This document shows, piece by piece, positions 24,558 through 37,613 of a stretch of DNA of 64,000 nt. Source of the DNA: Azolla caroliniana (Eukaryota > Plantae > Polypodiophyta). The translations under genes and the position numbers were made by a program. The DNA lies in assembly GCA_043228905.1 (NCBI GenBank), contig JBHGNT010000018.1, forward strand, positions 6,572,001 to 6,636,000, given 5' to 3'. The notes under the pieces were generated by a model. It made no database searches. It saw only the letters and a list, made by a program, of their open reading frames with translations, and was not told where the DNA came from. How positions within the stretch are numbered: position 1 is the first letter of the stretch; every line of letters begins with the position of its first letter.

Positions 24558-25996
24558 TGTTGAAATGGAGATCACATATTTGAGTCCAAGATATGCAGAA
24601 ATACACAACACATAGAAAACAAAGAAAAAAAACAGCAAATGAACAGAATAAGCACAGTACACAGGTTTTATGTGGAAACCCTAAACGGGGAAAACCATGG
24701 GAACAGAGATCCACTATACAACAAAGAATACAAAGAACAGTTACAATTGTCTCTAAGAAAAGCTCAGAGGATAACCACTTAAGGTTCTTGGCGAGTTCGT
24801 TGAACTCTGTCGTCGCTCTCTCTCTCACTCTCTCTATTTACACAACACTTTGTTATGTTCAGCTCTTTCTGTTCTTCATGCATCACGACCACACTAAAAG
24901 TTTGCCCTAGGTGTATTTATACTTATACACATTATGGGCTATTTACAAATATAACTATTATTATTATTATCTAATAATAATAATAGTCATTAATCGGTTG
25001 ATTGATCGACTAGTCGATTTGATTAGTGTAAAGAATTGTGTGAGAAAGCTTGTAGACAGAACCGTCTTCACCAGATAGCAACAGACAACAAACGCATGTT
25101 TAATGGAGAGCTTGGAACATACAATGTACACGGGAGAGATAGAGAGGGAGCAAAATAGCATCAACTCAATTTCAAAATACTCTCACACTATATAGAGTGC
25201 TTAGTGAGCACTTTTATACAAGTCCTTAAAAGGACTGACATGTACTTCAATGCTCATACAAGCGACTAACACTAACTCTAAGAAATATGCCTACGTACTA
25301 GGCTAGGACCGTAGGCCTCTAATGGCCTACAAGTTACAATCCGATCCGGCTCTCCGATCTGGTTCTTGGTTCTGGATACCTGTATGGTTCTCCGTTCCGG
25401 ATACCGATCCGGCTTCGGCTTGTTCAGCCGATCCAGATCCGGTTGGGATTGTCCGCTCAACACTCCCCCTCAAGCTCAATTTGAGGTTAGATCGTAGTGT
25501 TAGTGTATGTCGGTCCTTCCCTCCTCCTTAAAAGGACTAACATGTACTTCAATGCTCATACGAGCGATTAACACTAACTCCAAGAAATATGCCTACGTAC
25601 TAGGCTAGGACCGTAGGCCTCTAATGGCCTACTAGTTACAATCCGATCTAGTTCTTAGTTCCGGATATCTGTCCAGTTCTCTATTCTAGATACCAATCCG
25701 GCTTCAGCTTGTTCAACCAATGTGGATCCGGTTGAGCTTGTCCACTCAACAACTAGCCGACTCGTATGTTGATTGTCCAGTTGGCCCGACTAGTCGGCCT
25801 TGTCGTCGACCATCCGATCGGCCCGACTAGTCGATCTTGTCCTCAACTTGGATCATCTGTTGTCGACTCTCTCTTAGTCGACTCTTTCATTTCTTCGATT
25901 ATCGGCTCTTTACTCAGCCAAACAACCGGCTCCTCATATCTTCGACTGTCGGCTCGACCAGTCAACTCCTCCCACAGGATGGATATATTCCTAATG
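24558..25996 (-). mobile_element. Solo LTR inserted in the 3' LTR of element A (itself interrupted at 25027-25751)
   Basis: Exact TSD AAAAG at 24553-24557 and 25997-26001. Carries the reverse complement of the CCATGGTTTTCC/GGGTTTCCAC motifs shared with other LTRs. Confidence 0.85.
25027..25751 (-). mobile_element. Internally deleted copia derivative (partial 5' LTR, about 70 bp internal with PPT, full 3' LTR)
   Basis: Direct repeats at 25227-25461 and 25530-25751, reverse PPT CTCCCCCTCAAG at 25462-25473, TSD ATTAG/ACTAG. Confidence 0.8.
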
Positions 25997-26019
25997 AAAA
26001 GTCACCACTAATCTCACAC

Positions 26020-29000
26020 TGTTACGGGCATGACCATATAATATCTCGTGTTGAGAATTTACCGTAGTATTCTATACACGTGGATAAGTGTGAGGGTTAA
26101 ACGAGAGTGTAAAGAAGGGGAGGATTACTTTTAATCCTCGGGATTGAGACAACCCATTAGGCCAAGTGTGAACTTGCCTGGGGGCCTTGGGTATCGCTAT
26201 AAATAAGAGGCCTAGCTTCCCTCATTTCATCATCTTGTTGACTACGTCGACACTCTATCTTGTGGTGGTGTTAGGAAACAGGTCCCTCCAAATGGAAAGT
26301 GAGAAGAACAGTGTTGATGAGCAACTCGGCCGAATCCGGATGTGGAGTACTCGGCAACGGAATACCCAGTGAGAACCGGATGTGGAGTACCTGGAAACGG
26401 AAGATCCAGTGAGAACCGGATGACGAGTACCCGGCAAGGAAGACCCGGTGAGAACCGGATGTTGCAAGCCCAGTGAGAACCTCTCATTGGTCGGAAGGGA
26501 CATATATGTAAATATGTTCCAGAGAGCCCACTGGGGCTATATTTGTAAATAGCCCGAAAGTCATATTAGTATAAATATGACCTAGGGCAAACTTAATAGT
26601 GATGATAATATCAGAGTGTAACTGTGTACAGAGAAAAGATAGAGAGAGAGAGAGAGAGGAAGAGGTTGTTGCCTCTATTGTAACCGCTTGGTGGCGAAGA
26701 GAGGAAGCAAGAGGTCGTTGCCTCTGTGCCCCATTGTTGTAATCTTCATATAGTGATATTTTGCAGTCAGAGGGTTGTCGTGGTTTTTCCCATATCTGGG
26801 TTTTCCACGTTAACACCCAATGCACGCTCTTCTTTACTGTTTCGTGTGTAGTTACATCTCTCCACATCCCTGTTTTCTGTGATTGATCCGACGTCTCGGT
26901 TGTGACCGAGCATAGTGAGAGACAAGGGTCTTATCAATCTGGTATCAGAGCGAAAAGAAAAGAAAAAAAAATCAGAAAATGGAAGGAGGCGGGAGCGGAC
27001 TCCTGGGAATGATGGTTCTTAACTCGCAGAACTATGCCGACTGGAAGATCAAGATGGAAGACCTTCTCATCGTAAAAGAGTTGTATGAACCGATCGACAA
27101 AGCCAAAATACCTAAAGGGGTAGTGGTGTCAGAGTGTAAGCTTCTAAACAGAAAGGTCGTGGCCACCATCCGACAATGCGTCGACGTAAGTGTCCTTCAG
27201 CACGTGGCGAACGACACGAATGCCCACGAGATGTGGCAGAAGTTGTCGAGTCTATATGAGAGGAAGAATGCTCTAAATAGAACCTCGCTAATGAGAAAAA
27301 TTGTGAACCTGAAGTACCAGGATGGCGAGAGTATGGTAGAACACGTCAGCACATTTATGGGGTATGTAAATCAACTTGCGGCAATCAAGTTCCCCTTGGA
27401 TGATGCGATGCAGGCAATCATGTTGATGTGTACCTTGCCGGAAAGCTTGGAGAACTTGGTGGTTACTCTCAGCACCTCCTGCCAAGAAGAGAACCTGTCT
27501 TTGCAGACGGTGAAGACAAGCATCCTGAACAAGGAGGTGCATCAGAAGGACAAGGAACCGATCCCCGACTCAAAAGCGCTCCTTTCTGAATCAGAACATG
27601 GAAGACAAAGGAACCGGAGTCCCAGAACCGGGAAAAATCGGGGACACGATCAAAGTCAAGGGGGAGGCCCACGTGCTTCTACTGCGGGAAGCCGGGGCAC
27701 TTCCAGAAGAACTGTCGGCATTTCCGGAAAGACAAGGAAACCGACAGTACTGATTCGAAGAAGTCACCGGAACGAAACGGTGCTTACCGGGGAGCCACAG
27801 ACCGAAACGGTTCGGATCGGCGAGCGCAGGACTGAAAAGGCACGACGGCAATCGCAGCAAGTGAAGAGGAGCTAATGCTCATCACCGAGGAGAGTGAACT
27901 GAACCTTGCCGGCGACGAGATGACCTGGGTGGTCGATTCCGGAGCGTCCTTCCACCTGACCCTGGATAGAAAATGCTTCTCATCCTACTCGGCCGGTGAC
28001 CACGGCCGTGTTCGGATGGGGAATGAAGGTACATGCCGAATTGTCGGTATAGAAGATGTGTGGTTGACGACATCAACCGGATGCAAGATGTTGCTGAAAG
28101 ATGTTTGACACGTTCCGGAGGTTCGACTGAACCTGATATCAACCGGTCGGCTGGATGATGAAGGCTACACGGATAGCATCCGGAACGGTGTCATGAAGTT
28201 CACCAAAGGGAGCTTGATAGTGGCTTGGGCCCGGAAAGTCAACACTCTGTACCTGATGAATGCCAGGTTATGTCCGGAGGAAGTGAACGTGGCATCCGAC
28301 ACTGCGGGTGAGCTGTGGCACAAGAGGCTGTGTCACATGAGCGAGAAGGGGATGAAGAGGCTTGCAGACGACAACCTCATTCCAGTGAAGAACGTGCACT
28401 TGGAGAAGTGCACTGATTGTCTGGCCGGTAAACAAAACCGAACCTCCTTCCGATCAAGGCCACCGATGAGACGTAATACACCACTGGAGTTGGTGCATAC
28501 TGATGTGTGTCAAGTGGACACGAAGTCGCATGTCGGATCGCAGTACTTCGTGACGTTCATAGATGGCCACAGCCGGAAGTTGTGAGCCACGTTGTTGAAG
28601 ACGAAGGATCAGGTGCTATCCGTCTTCAAAGAGCTCCACGTGAGAGTGGAAAGAGAAACAGGCTGGAAGTTGAAGGCGGTTCGAGTAGATAACGGAGGAG
28701 AATACCGGGGGTAGTTCGCGGAGTACTGTCGCTCGAAGGGAATCCGGCTTGAATTTACCATGCCGAAGACGCCAGAACTAAATGGGCTGGTCGAGAGGAT
28801 GAACGGACCATAATGGAGAGGGTCCGGAGTATGTTGGCGCATGCAAAATTACCCAAGACATTTTGGGTTGAGGCATTGTCTACGGCGACATATGTGATAA
28901 ACAGATCACCCTCAGCACCCTTGGACAGAGACACGCCGCAGAGAGTCTGGACCGGTAAGGAAGTGTCCTACCGGCATCTGAAGGTATTCGGGTGTCTTGC

Positions 29001-31032
29001 GTACTTGCATGTAGCTAAGGACCAGAGAGGAAAGTTAGATCCAAAGACCTGGCCATGCATATTCCTCGGTTACGGCGACGTTGAGTTCGGCTACCAAGTG
29101 TGGGACCCGGTCAACTAGAAAGTATTCCGGAGTCGAGATATTATCTTCATGGAGGACAAGACGCTCGCCAACTGGGAGTCGAAGAAGAAGATAATGAAAT
29201 CCGAGTCGACCGGTAAGGAAAAATTTCGATTTGACGAAATGCAGTTCCAACCGGCAAGAAGCCGGTTAGCACTCGATGAACCGGCCGGTGACGGTGAGGA
29301 GATAAAACCGGTCGAAGAAGAAGGAATAGGTGAAACCGAAACTGGTCGGATCGACACTCCCGGCAAATTGCAGATTATCTGGTAAGCAAAGCCCGAAGAC
29401 GAAAGCAGAGAAAGCGGATATGATGAAGGTTCCATATGCCTCTACCGTCAGGAGCTTACTGTATGCAATGGTGTGTACTCGACCGGATATTGGATACGCA
29501 GTCGGAGTGGTGAGCCGATTTATGAGTAATCCTGGCAAGGAGCATGGGAATGCGTTCAAATGGATACTCCAGTACTTGAAGGGCACTTCGAATATGGGTC
29601 TCCGATTCGGCTCTGGTAAACCTCAACTTGACGGTTTTACCGATTCAGATATGTCGGCTGATGTGGATACCAGTCGGTCTACATCCGGGTATGTAATGAC
29701 ATATGCAGGGGGAGCTGTTTCGTGGCAGTCGAGGTTGCAGAAGACAGTTGCGTTGTCAACCACGGAGACGGAGTACATGGCGGCTGTTGAAGCCGGCAAA
29801 GAAATATTATGGATGAAGGACTTCATCGGAGAGCTCGGTATCCGGCAAGATGAATACCGGCTCTATTGCGACAGTCAAAGTGCCATCCACCTTGCTAAGA
29901 ATGCAGCGTACCATTCCAGGACGAAGCACATCCAGCGTAGGTATCACTAGATCCGGGAGCAAGTAAAAGATCGAGAGTTCGCGCTGACGAAGATCCACAC
30001 GGCCGAGAAGGGGTCAGATATGCTGACCAAAGTACTGATACCCGACAAACTAGATGCATGTCAGAAGCGGATCGGACTAGTAAGACATCCCATGCCGAAG
30101 TGAAGGGGGAGTTTGTTAGGAAACAGGTCCCTCCAGATGGGAAGTGAGAAGAACAATGTTGATGAGCAACTCGACCGAATCCGGATGTGGAGTACCTGGC
30201 AACGGAAGACCCAGTGAGAACCGGATGTGGAGTACCCGGCAACGGAAGACCCGATGAGAACCGGATGTGGAGTACCCGGCAACGGAAGATCCGGTGAGAA
30301 CCGGATGACGAGTACCCGGCAAGGAAGACCCGGTGAGAACCGGATGTTGCAGGCTCGGTGAGAACCTCTCATCGGTCGGAAGGGACATATATATAAATAT
30401 GTTCCAGAGAGCCCATTGGGGCTATATTTGTAAATAGCCCGAAAGTCATATTAGTATAAATATGACCTAGGGCAAACTTAATAGTGATGATAATATCAGA
30501 GTGTAACTGTGTACAGAGAAAAGATAGAGAGAGAGAGAGAGAGGAAGAGGTTGTTGCCTCTATTGTAATCGTTTGGTGGTGAAGAGAGGGAGCAAGAGGT
30601 CGTTGCCTCTGTGCCCCATTGTTGTAATCTTCATATAGTGATATTTTGCAGTCGGAGGGCTGCCGTGGTTTTTCCCATATCTGGGTTTTCCACGTTAACA
30701 CCCAGTGCACGCTCTTCTTTACTGTTTCGTGTGTAGTTACATCTCTCCACATCCCTGTTTTCTATGATTGATCCGACGTCTCGGTTATGACCGAGCATAG
30801 TGAGAGAAAAGGGTCTTATCAGGTGGGTCAACTCTTGTAGCGAGCACGCCAGCACCAGGTACGACTCGACGCCATGGCAGTGGTATGGGACGCCGATCGA
30901 GGCTCGAGTCCGTCTCAATCCCTTCGTTCGGGGGTGGTCGGGTGGATCGACACCCTTCTTTCTCTCACTCCTTTCTATCTAGATCTATCTTTTATCCTTA
31001 TTTTATGCTTACATTAGTTCATGTCTCTAATA
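26020..31032 (+). mobile_element. Solo LTR of a different family (26020-26268 + 30827-31032), split by a copia insertion
   Basis: Starts TGTTAC and ends CTAATA. TSD CACAC at 26015-26019 and 31033-31037. TATAAATA lies at about 26198. Confidence 0.7.
26269..30821 (+). mobile_element. Two-LTR Ty1/copia element, degenerate, with RT core deleted
   Basis: LTRs 26269-26936 and 30114-30821, TSD GGTGG, PBS TGGTATCAGAGC (tRNA-iMet) at 26940-26951, PPT at 30101-30111. Gag from 26979, protease WVVDSGAS, integrase and RNase H carry stops and frameshifts. Confidence 0.95.
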
Positions 31033-34000
31033 CACACATTAACTATGTGTCATAGAATCATATTCTATGCTACATAACTAATGAGTTCCACATTCTCCAT
31101 GACCCATGAGCTTCTATAGCTCTAGAGAGGGAGTGGGTGTTTAATGAAGAGAGAGGGTGACCTTATATAAAGTACCCTCCTCCTACTTCATAAAGTGTCG
31201 GTTGTTGCTCCTTGTCATGTTACATTTTTGTACTAAATATTCTCCTTGTTAATATAGACCTTCTTCTTCTTGAGTACTTCATTTTTCGTGTTTCTCTCCT
31301 CTCCTCTCCTCTTCACACACACACACATCTCTCTCGTTGCACAGAATCATATTTGATTCTTTACACTATGATTAAAATGATTGTGTTAATCAACTTTCTC
31401 AATTGGTGATCCTTATTCATCTCAAGCTCTTATATTATAATTGGACATCAACTTCTAGGACATTATGTAACCATTTCATTTAAATTGTCTCCACTGTGTT
31501 CATGCACCTTTCCCACAATGTTATAGCTGTTTTTTTTTTCCAAAAAAAACTCCTTCCGTTAGTTATAATTTATAAAATAAGTTATAGTTATTTTTAATCA
31601 AATAATGTTTCAGTTGCTTTGACGTGGTTTCTAGCTATTCCCAAGAGATAAAATGGTTTACATCATGTTCAACCATATTACTTTTATATAAATATAAGTT
31701 AACTTGAGGTATATGTGAAACCTTCATGGATGGACAAATTTGTACGTCCATCCTTTCTTTTTATTTATTAATTTCGCAAATTTTTATGCATGAAGTTGAT
31801 ATGTTTCCAATTCTTTTATCGAGCATAAAGGTTCAATATGAGTGTCAAAGCATCTCAAACCTTAGCATTGTGTAATGTGTACATAGAGTATATTAATGTT
31901 CTTTGAAGGATGGTTAGTTTATACATCAATTTCCTATGTAAGCATTGAACATGGGCCTTCCATGTTACTATCACTACACTTAAAGACTGTAGATCCACAA
32001 ACACAAACATATCAATATGTTGCACTAAAATCCACCTTCTCATCTTGAAAATGATGCATTGATTCCTTCTGTACATACATGCCAAGTGGTAGTTATGAAC
32101 GTGGTGGATTAGCAAAGAGGTGAAAATCAATAAAAGAGGATGGTACTAGGTAGTAGGGACTATATTTAAGGCAACTCAAAAACGTACAAGACAAAGGATC
32201 CATGTGAGGAGACATCCTAACTAGAATGGAGATGATGTTAGCCTCAAATTATTATTTATCATTAATCTCTAGATCCATATCGACAAATGCTAAATTTAAC
32301 CTAGAATATCATTTTGAGTTATTGGCATCGCCCAATGTTTTAAAAAACTGTTTTAAATCTTGGTGGATTCTAGTTGTTCCCTTAAAAAAAGTTGTATTTA
32401 TCTACTTGTAAAATGTAGTTATCATAGATTGACATACTCATTGCGATGATCTAGTTATAAATATCTAGAGAATAACATAATTTGATTTATTCTTGAAAAC
32501 TATGATAAAGATTTACTTTGCTTATAGAAAACGTTGTGTACCACTTACTGGCAGTGTTGTGAACTTTTCACATTATTGTATGGTCACAACATAGACCGAT
32601 TCAATTGACCCAAGCTATTTCATGCAACATGATCATATTTTTACATTTTGTGAACTTTTTCCTTAAATGTTTCGCTTTATAAATGGTTATTCCATTCAAA
32701 AGCAATACAAAAATGACAAAGAAGAGTTCTCAACTTGAGACAAATCACCACCAAGAGACCTACGGAAAATGGATCCATGAAACAATAACATTAAGTTTGA
32801 TACTTGATGGTCTTAAACATTATAAACAATTGACAAATAGGGATAATGTAAACACATAATTGTCAGGTTGACGAAAGTCATCTATAGGGAATAAAACCAT
32901 GAAATAATGACAAAGCATTTGACACATAATGACCCTTGAATGTTATTAAACATTCACATTGGGTATTATTGTTATGAACCCCACGTTTGTATTTGTACAT
33001 AGGCAATTTCCATAGTTATTTATAGAAAAATAGTTATGAACCCCATGTTTGTATTTCTACGTAGAAAATTTCCATAGTTCTTATAGAAAAATGGTTTCAC
33101 ATATGTTGTATAACCATGTACAAAGCGCTTTTACTAAATGTGGTTGATACTCATACTAGGCTTTAATAAATCTATCAACAATCATTTGAGACATGAATTT
33201 ATAAAGGGGTCATTTTTTAGGAGCCGATTTGTTAGTACATGATATTAAACATAATGTTTGATCTTTGGACCCGCACTCATTGTAACTACGATTTATGCTA
33301 TATGGTACAACTTTATGCTATTGTGAAATGCACATAGAGAGGATCCGAACTAGATTGTTTTGCTTCTTACTTCCTACTTAATTTATAGTTTACCCATTTG
33401 GGTTGGTTTGGCTACCAACTAATGCATGCATACATGCTTGCTAAAAAGGTAGCCCAAAGGAACAAATGTACACTGCAGCATGAAGCCTTACGCATGTGGC
33501 TTGCTCAAAGGTGGCACAAAGGTAAACCACACTATATATTTATATTTTAGAGTTCTAACAAGTAAATTCATTAACAATAATTAGTTGACCTCAAAGTGAT
33601 TGGCAAACCTCTCATATCATATATAAATGACATTTTACATTGAGCTTTTTGGGATAATGTCTTATTTATTCACCTTGGTATTAATAGTTCAAGTTTATCG
33701 ATAGAATTCTATAATAGTTTATGTCATATGAACATTAGGTTAAACATTAAGGAACGTGTAGAATAACATGTGACCGATCATTATACATGTGTGATGCATT
33801 AGTATCATCAAAAATATCTTGAAACCTATACAATCTATAGATTACTTTTCTCATTATTATAAAGTAATAAGATTCTCCAAAAAATGGTTTATAGAGGTCA
33901 TAATAATTACATCTATCAATTTCTATAAAAAGTGTAATCTAATAAAGCAATCAACATCTTTGCAGCCAGAAATTTTTGTGACAATTAATACAAAAAGTCG

Positions 34001-34899
34001 ATGAAGCATTGTTGTAACAATAAGCAAGACACTGTGCTCTAACAAGGTTTCCTACATGATTGTATAATTTTTAATATTTAATGCATAACATTTTGATTGT
34101 AAACTAGATATGATCTTTCGTTTAAACCCCACCCAATATTATTCATTCATAACATTTTTTATATATTGCCATATTTGTTTCAAATAGATTTACTAATTTA
34201 GAACTATACTTATATAGATGCCACACACAAAATATATGTAAAAATTAGATGAATATTCAAGAAATGTTTATAATCTAAGACTTTATGCTACATCAATCCC
34301 TTTTAACATGTAATTACCTTATTGGTATTGGGATGTCCTTGATGAGGGGAATCTCATGAATGTTTGATCTTAAAGAAAGTATGCATATGTCTTTATCATT
34401 TAAAATAATAGAGTCAAGAACTTAAGACGATCATTTAAAAGGATTTAATAGACAACCAAGATTTTATTGTGTGACATGAGATGAAATGTTCGAGCTTCAA
34501 GAATGAGCTTAATGCTTCAATTAGTTTTGACTTTATCGTAATGTAGTCACACAAATAAACTAGTTCTATCATGAAACCAAAAAACATTCCCTTGCATTGT
34601 GCAAGATGTCTATCTCATAAGATTGTACAAGAGGACCTAATAGCCTTGGAGTTGGTTTATCTTTCAATGAGGCTACTTTATCATTCCCATTACCTTGCAA
34701 ATATGATAGGCAATAGAATTTTGATATACTTCCTTTCAAAGAGACATATTTCTCGACATAATATAAATGTTTGTTTTAGATAAGTACATAGATCTATAAA
34801 TATTTTAAGACATGCATGACCAATGTTTGGTGAGAGGCAAGAATGCCCCATCTCACATTACATACATATATGGAAACTAACCTACTCTATCTCAATTAA

Positions 34900-35951
34900 G
34901 ACATTCATTAATAAATTTCTTGAACGTTGAGAATTGCGACTCATTTTCACTTGTATTACATGAAAAATGTTATATTTTTTATCTCATAGGTCATATTTGA
35001 CCTCTGAAACCACTAAAAAGGATAATAAAATCTCTCTCAAGAAATACCTTTTCAAAACTTTGGTGACACCAATGTTGTCCTATGGGATGGGAGTATGGGG
35101 TGGTTGCATCCCTAAATCTACCTAGAAAGAATTTGAAAATGTTCAAAAGCATTTTCTTATAAAGTTTCTACAAGTTAAGAAACAAACTCCATACACCCTC
35201 CTCCTACATGAAACGGAATCACTTCCCATTAAGATCATGGCCATGGAAAGGGTTGTTGAATACATGCATAAGGTTCAAAAAAGTTCCTCACATTCACTTC
35301 ATAGAATCCGCATAGGAAGCAAGCAAAAATATCTTAAAGACACATAAAAACAAATTTTTGTGTTCCGGTTGGATGCAAGATCTGGAAAAATGGTTTGGAA
35401 GATGGGATGCAACAAACTTCATGATGCATCACTAGATTCCTCTATAAATAATGTCGTTTTGCAATGCCAATATATCATAACCCTTATACAAAAAATGATT
35501 AGTATCTTACCCGGTGCTTAAGTGCACTTTATATATACATGCCCATCTGTCAGGGTTGTTATGAAGTACTGACATGTACTTCAATGCTCTCAAAAGAGCA
35601 TCTGACACTAATTGCCTATGTTGGACCTATTTAATAAAATAGGTCTACTTAGACACGTGTGACGTTCTAGATCGGCTTTCACAACCGATCCGACATCCGG
35701 TCCGGAACCTAGTCCGGAGTTTAGGCTTATCGACCTAAGTGGGCCTTGCCAACCAGATCAATTCTGATCTGGCCTACCTGCTTGTCCAGCCGGTCCGGCC
35801 CATGTTGAGCTTGCTCGCTCAACACTTGATCGCAACATTCATTGGTAAAGTTCTTGAACATCGAGAATCACTACTCACTTTCACATTTATTACATGAAAT
35901 GTAATGTTTTTTGTCTCATAGGTCCTAGTTTACCTTTAAAGATGATAATAG

Positions 35952-36000
<49 letters not shown>
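34900..36000 (+). mobile_element. Stacked 3' fragments of the 8230-12308 LINE family
   Basis: 35380-35480 matches 11675-11790 and 35826-35955 matches 12165-12290. 3' hairpins at 34988-35003 and 35920-35935 are each followed by GATAATA..(CT)n. Confidence 0.75.
35482..35824 (-). mobile_element. Truncated LTR of the TGTTGAG..AAGCTCAAC copia lineage
   Basis: Ends TGTTGAGCTTGCTCGCTCAACA and shares GTACTTCAATGCTC with the LTRs at 25027, 43593 and 59202. Confidence 0.75.
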
Positions 36001-36002
<2 letters not shown>

Positions 36003-36140
36003 TGTAATTACCTTACGCTAGTGGTAAGTTTGGTAACACTACAAGCATTGGGTTTTGGGTTCGAAACCCAACTTCCTTACCTCTTTATTATATACTTCTT
36101 ATATATCTCTTAATTCACTAGATGCCACTGAGGAATGTAG
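36001..36140 (-). mobile_element. 5'-truncated copy of the tRNA-derived SINE-like element
   Basis: Aligns to 7986-8124 (GTAATTA..TAGTGGTAA..TTGGGTTCGAAACCCAA..ATATCTCTTAATTC..TAGATGCCACTG..GGAATGTAG) and is embedded in (CT)n. Confidence 0.6.
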
Positions 36141-36201
<61 letters not shown>

Positions 36202-36859
36202 TTGAGAGACTTCTCAACTCCATACTATGTAAATGCATTTCATTTTTAGATCATTAGGTAATATTTGACCTCAGAGGATGATAAGAAAATTTCTCTTTTT
36301 CTATCTTTAAAATGATTCAAGAAAGTCATTTCTCATGCACAAAGAAATGTTTTTCAGTGAAGCATATGGATTCAAAGTTATTCTCTCTGCCTCAATTTAG
36401 AATGACGCAATACTAGAATGTGGATAAATAATCAAGAAAGTCATTTTCTCACACACAAAGAAATATTTTTTGGTCAAGCATACATATTGAAAAAACATCA
36501 ATAAATATGTTCAAATGAAAAAACGGTTTATTAAGGAATATCATAAAGCTTGAAGTACTTTATGGCATTAGATATAATCAAACAAGGAAAACCATTGTAT
36601 TCAAAGTACTATTTAAATAAAGAGAACAATCAAATCCAAGAGAAGGAGATATGTCATGTGTAATGCGATATGTCGTGTGTGACAAGAGGTAAAATTTCAT
36701 ATGCTTTGACTAGACCAATTGGTGTAAACTAAGTATTCATGCCCATTCTCGTGAGTTTATACATTCATGAATTAGGATAAATCATCGATGAGTTTGTAAC
36801 ACAAGAAGTCATTGGTGAAGCAACCATTGAGAATTTAATTATGACGCACGTGTTCTGTT

Positions 36860-37610
36860 ATATGTGTTGTAAGTTACCTTATGCTAATACTTTTGAAGAT
36901 GCCCATCCCCTTATAAATGTATTGGAAAACTTTTGCATGCATAGTTAGTTGATTATCAATGAAGGTTATCCTTGTTGACATCAAACTAGGGTTGGATTGT
37001 GCATTGTGTACAATAATGAGCCACTTAAAGAGCTTTAAATATCCTCCACTTAGAACCAAGAAAGAGGACTTTTAGTGCATTGGAGAACATATGCAATGGT
37101 GAAGAGATTAATCGATGCCTTCTCAAGAAAAACCTCTTTAACACATTGTATGGGGTTGGTTCTAAATGGGATTGAAGTATGGGTCAATAACACCTCTATC
37201 CACTTAGAAAGAGTTTGCAAATGTTCGAAGTGCTTTTTCGTGAAGTCTTTTAAGATTAAACTATGAATCTCATATATGTATGCTCCTAGTTCTCGAGATT
37301 AGATAACTTCCTCGTGAGATAATGGCATGGAAAGGATTATTGTGTATATAACTAAGGTTCAAAAAAGCACTCAAATCGACTTCCTAGGATCATGAAATGA
37401 GAATTAAGTAGAAACATTCAAAAGACACCTAAAAGCAAAATGTTGGGTTCTAAGTGGATGCAATATATGAAGCAATTGTTTGGAAAAGGGGATGCATGAC
37501 ATTTAGTTCATAGTGCAACAATACATTCCTCCGCAAGTGAGGCTTTCATGGCTTAGGAAAGATGTGGAGGTTCACATCTCAAAGATAATATGACATGTGT
37601 ATTATGCAAA
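36860..37610 (+). mobile_element. Degraded LINE RT/C-terminal fragment of the same family as 8230-12308
   Basis: Nucleotide similarity to 11450-11650 (GTACAATAATGAGCCACTT, AGCTTTAAATA) and to 35040-35450. Confidence 0.65.
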
Positions 37611-37613
37611 ACC

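Larger units (their letters stand above)
14305..31280 (+). mobile_element. Heavily nested and deleted Ty1/copia element A (5' LTR 14305-14640; 3' LTR split into 24481-24557, 26002-26019 and 31038-31280)
   Basis: Near-identical LTR text occurs at both ends. Gag fragments at 14660-15825, integrase-RT linker at 23820-24250 (RFGYNEYMTHHY..KPESF), PPT TGAGGGGGCG at 24471-24480. No matching TSD was found, so the two ends may belong to two different copies. Confidence 0.75.

Noticed and set aside
31300-34900. AT-rich region with small ORFs and a roughly 60-bp duplication at 32970-33090
   Set aside because: No motif or splice-consistent gene could be supported. Possibly an old TE remnant.
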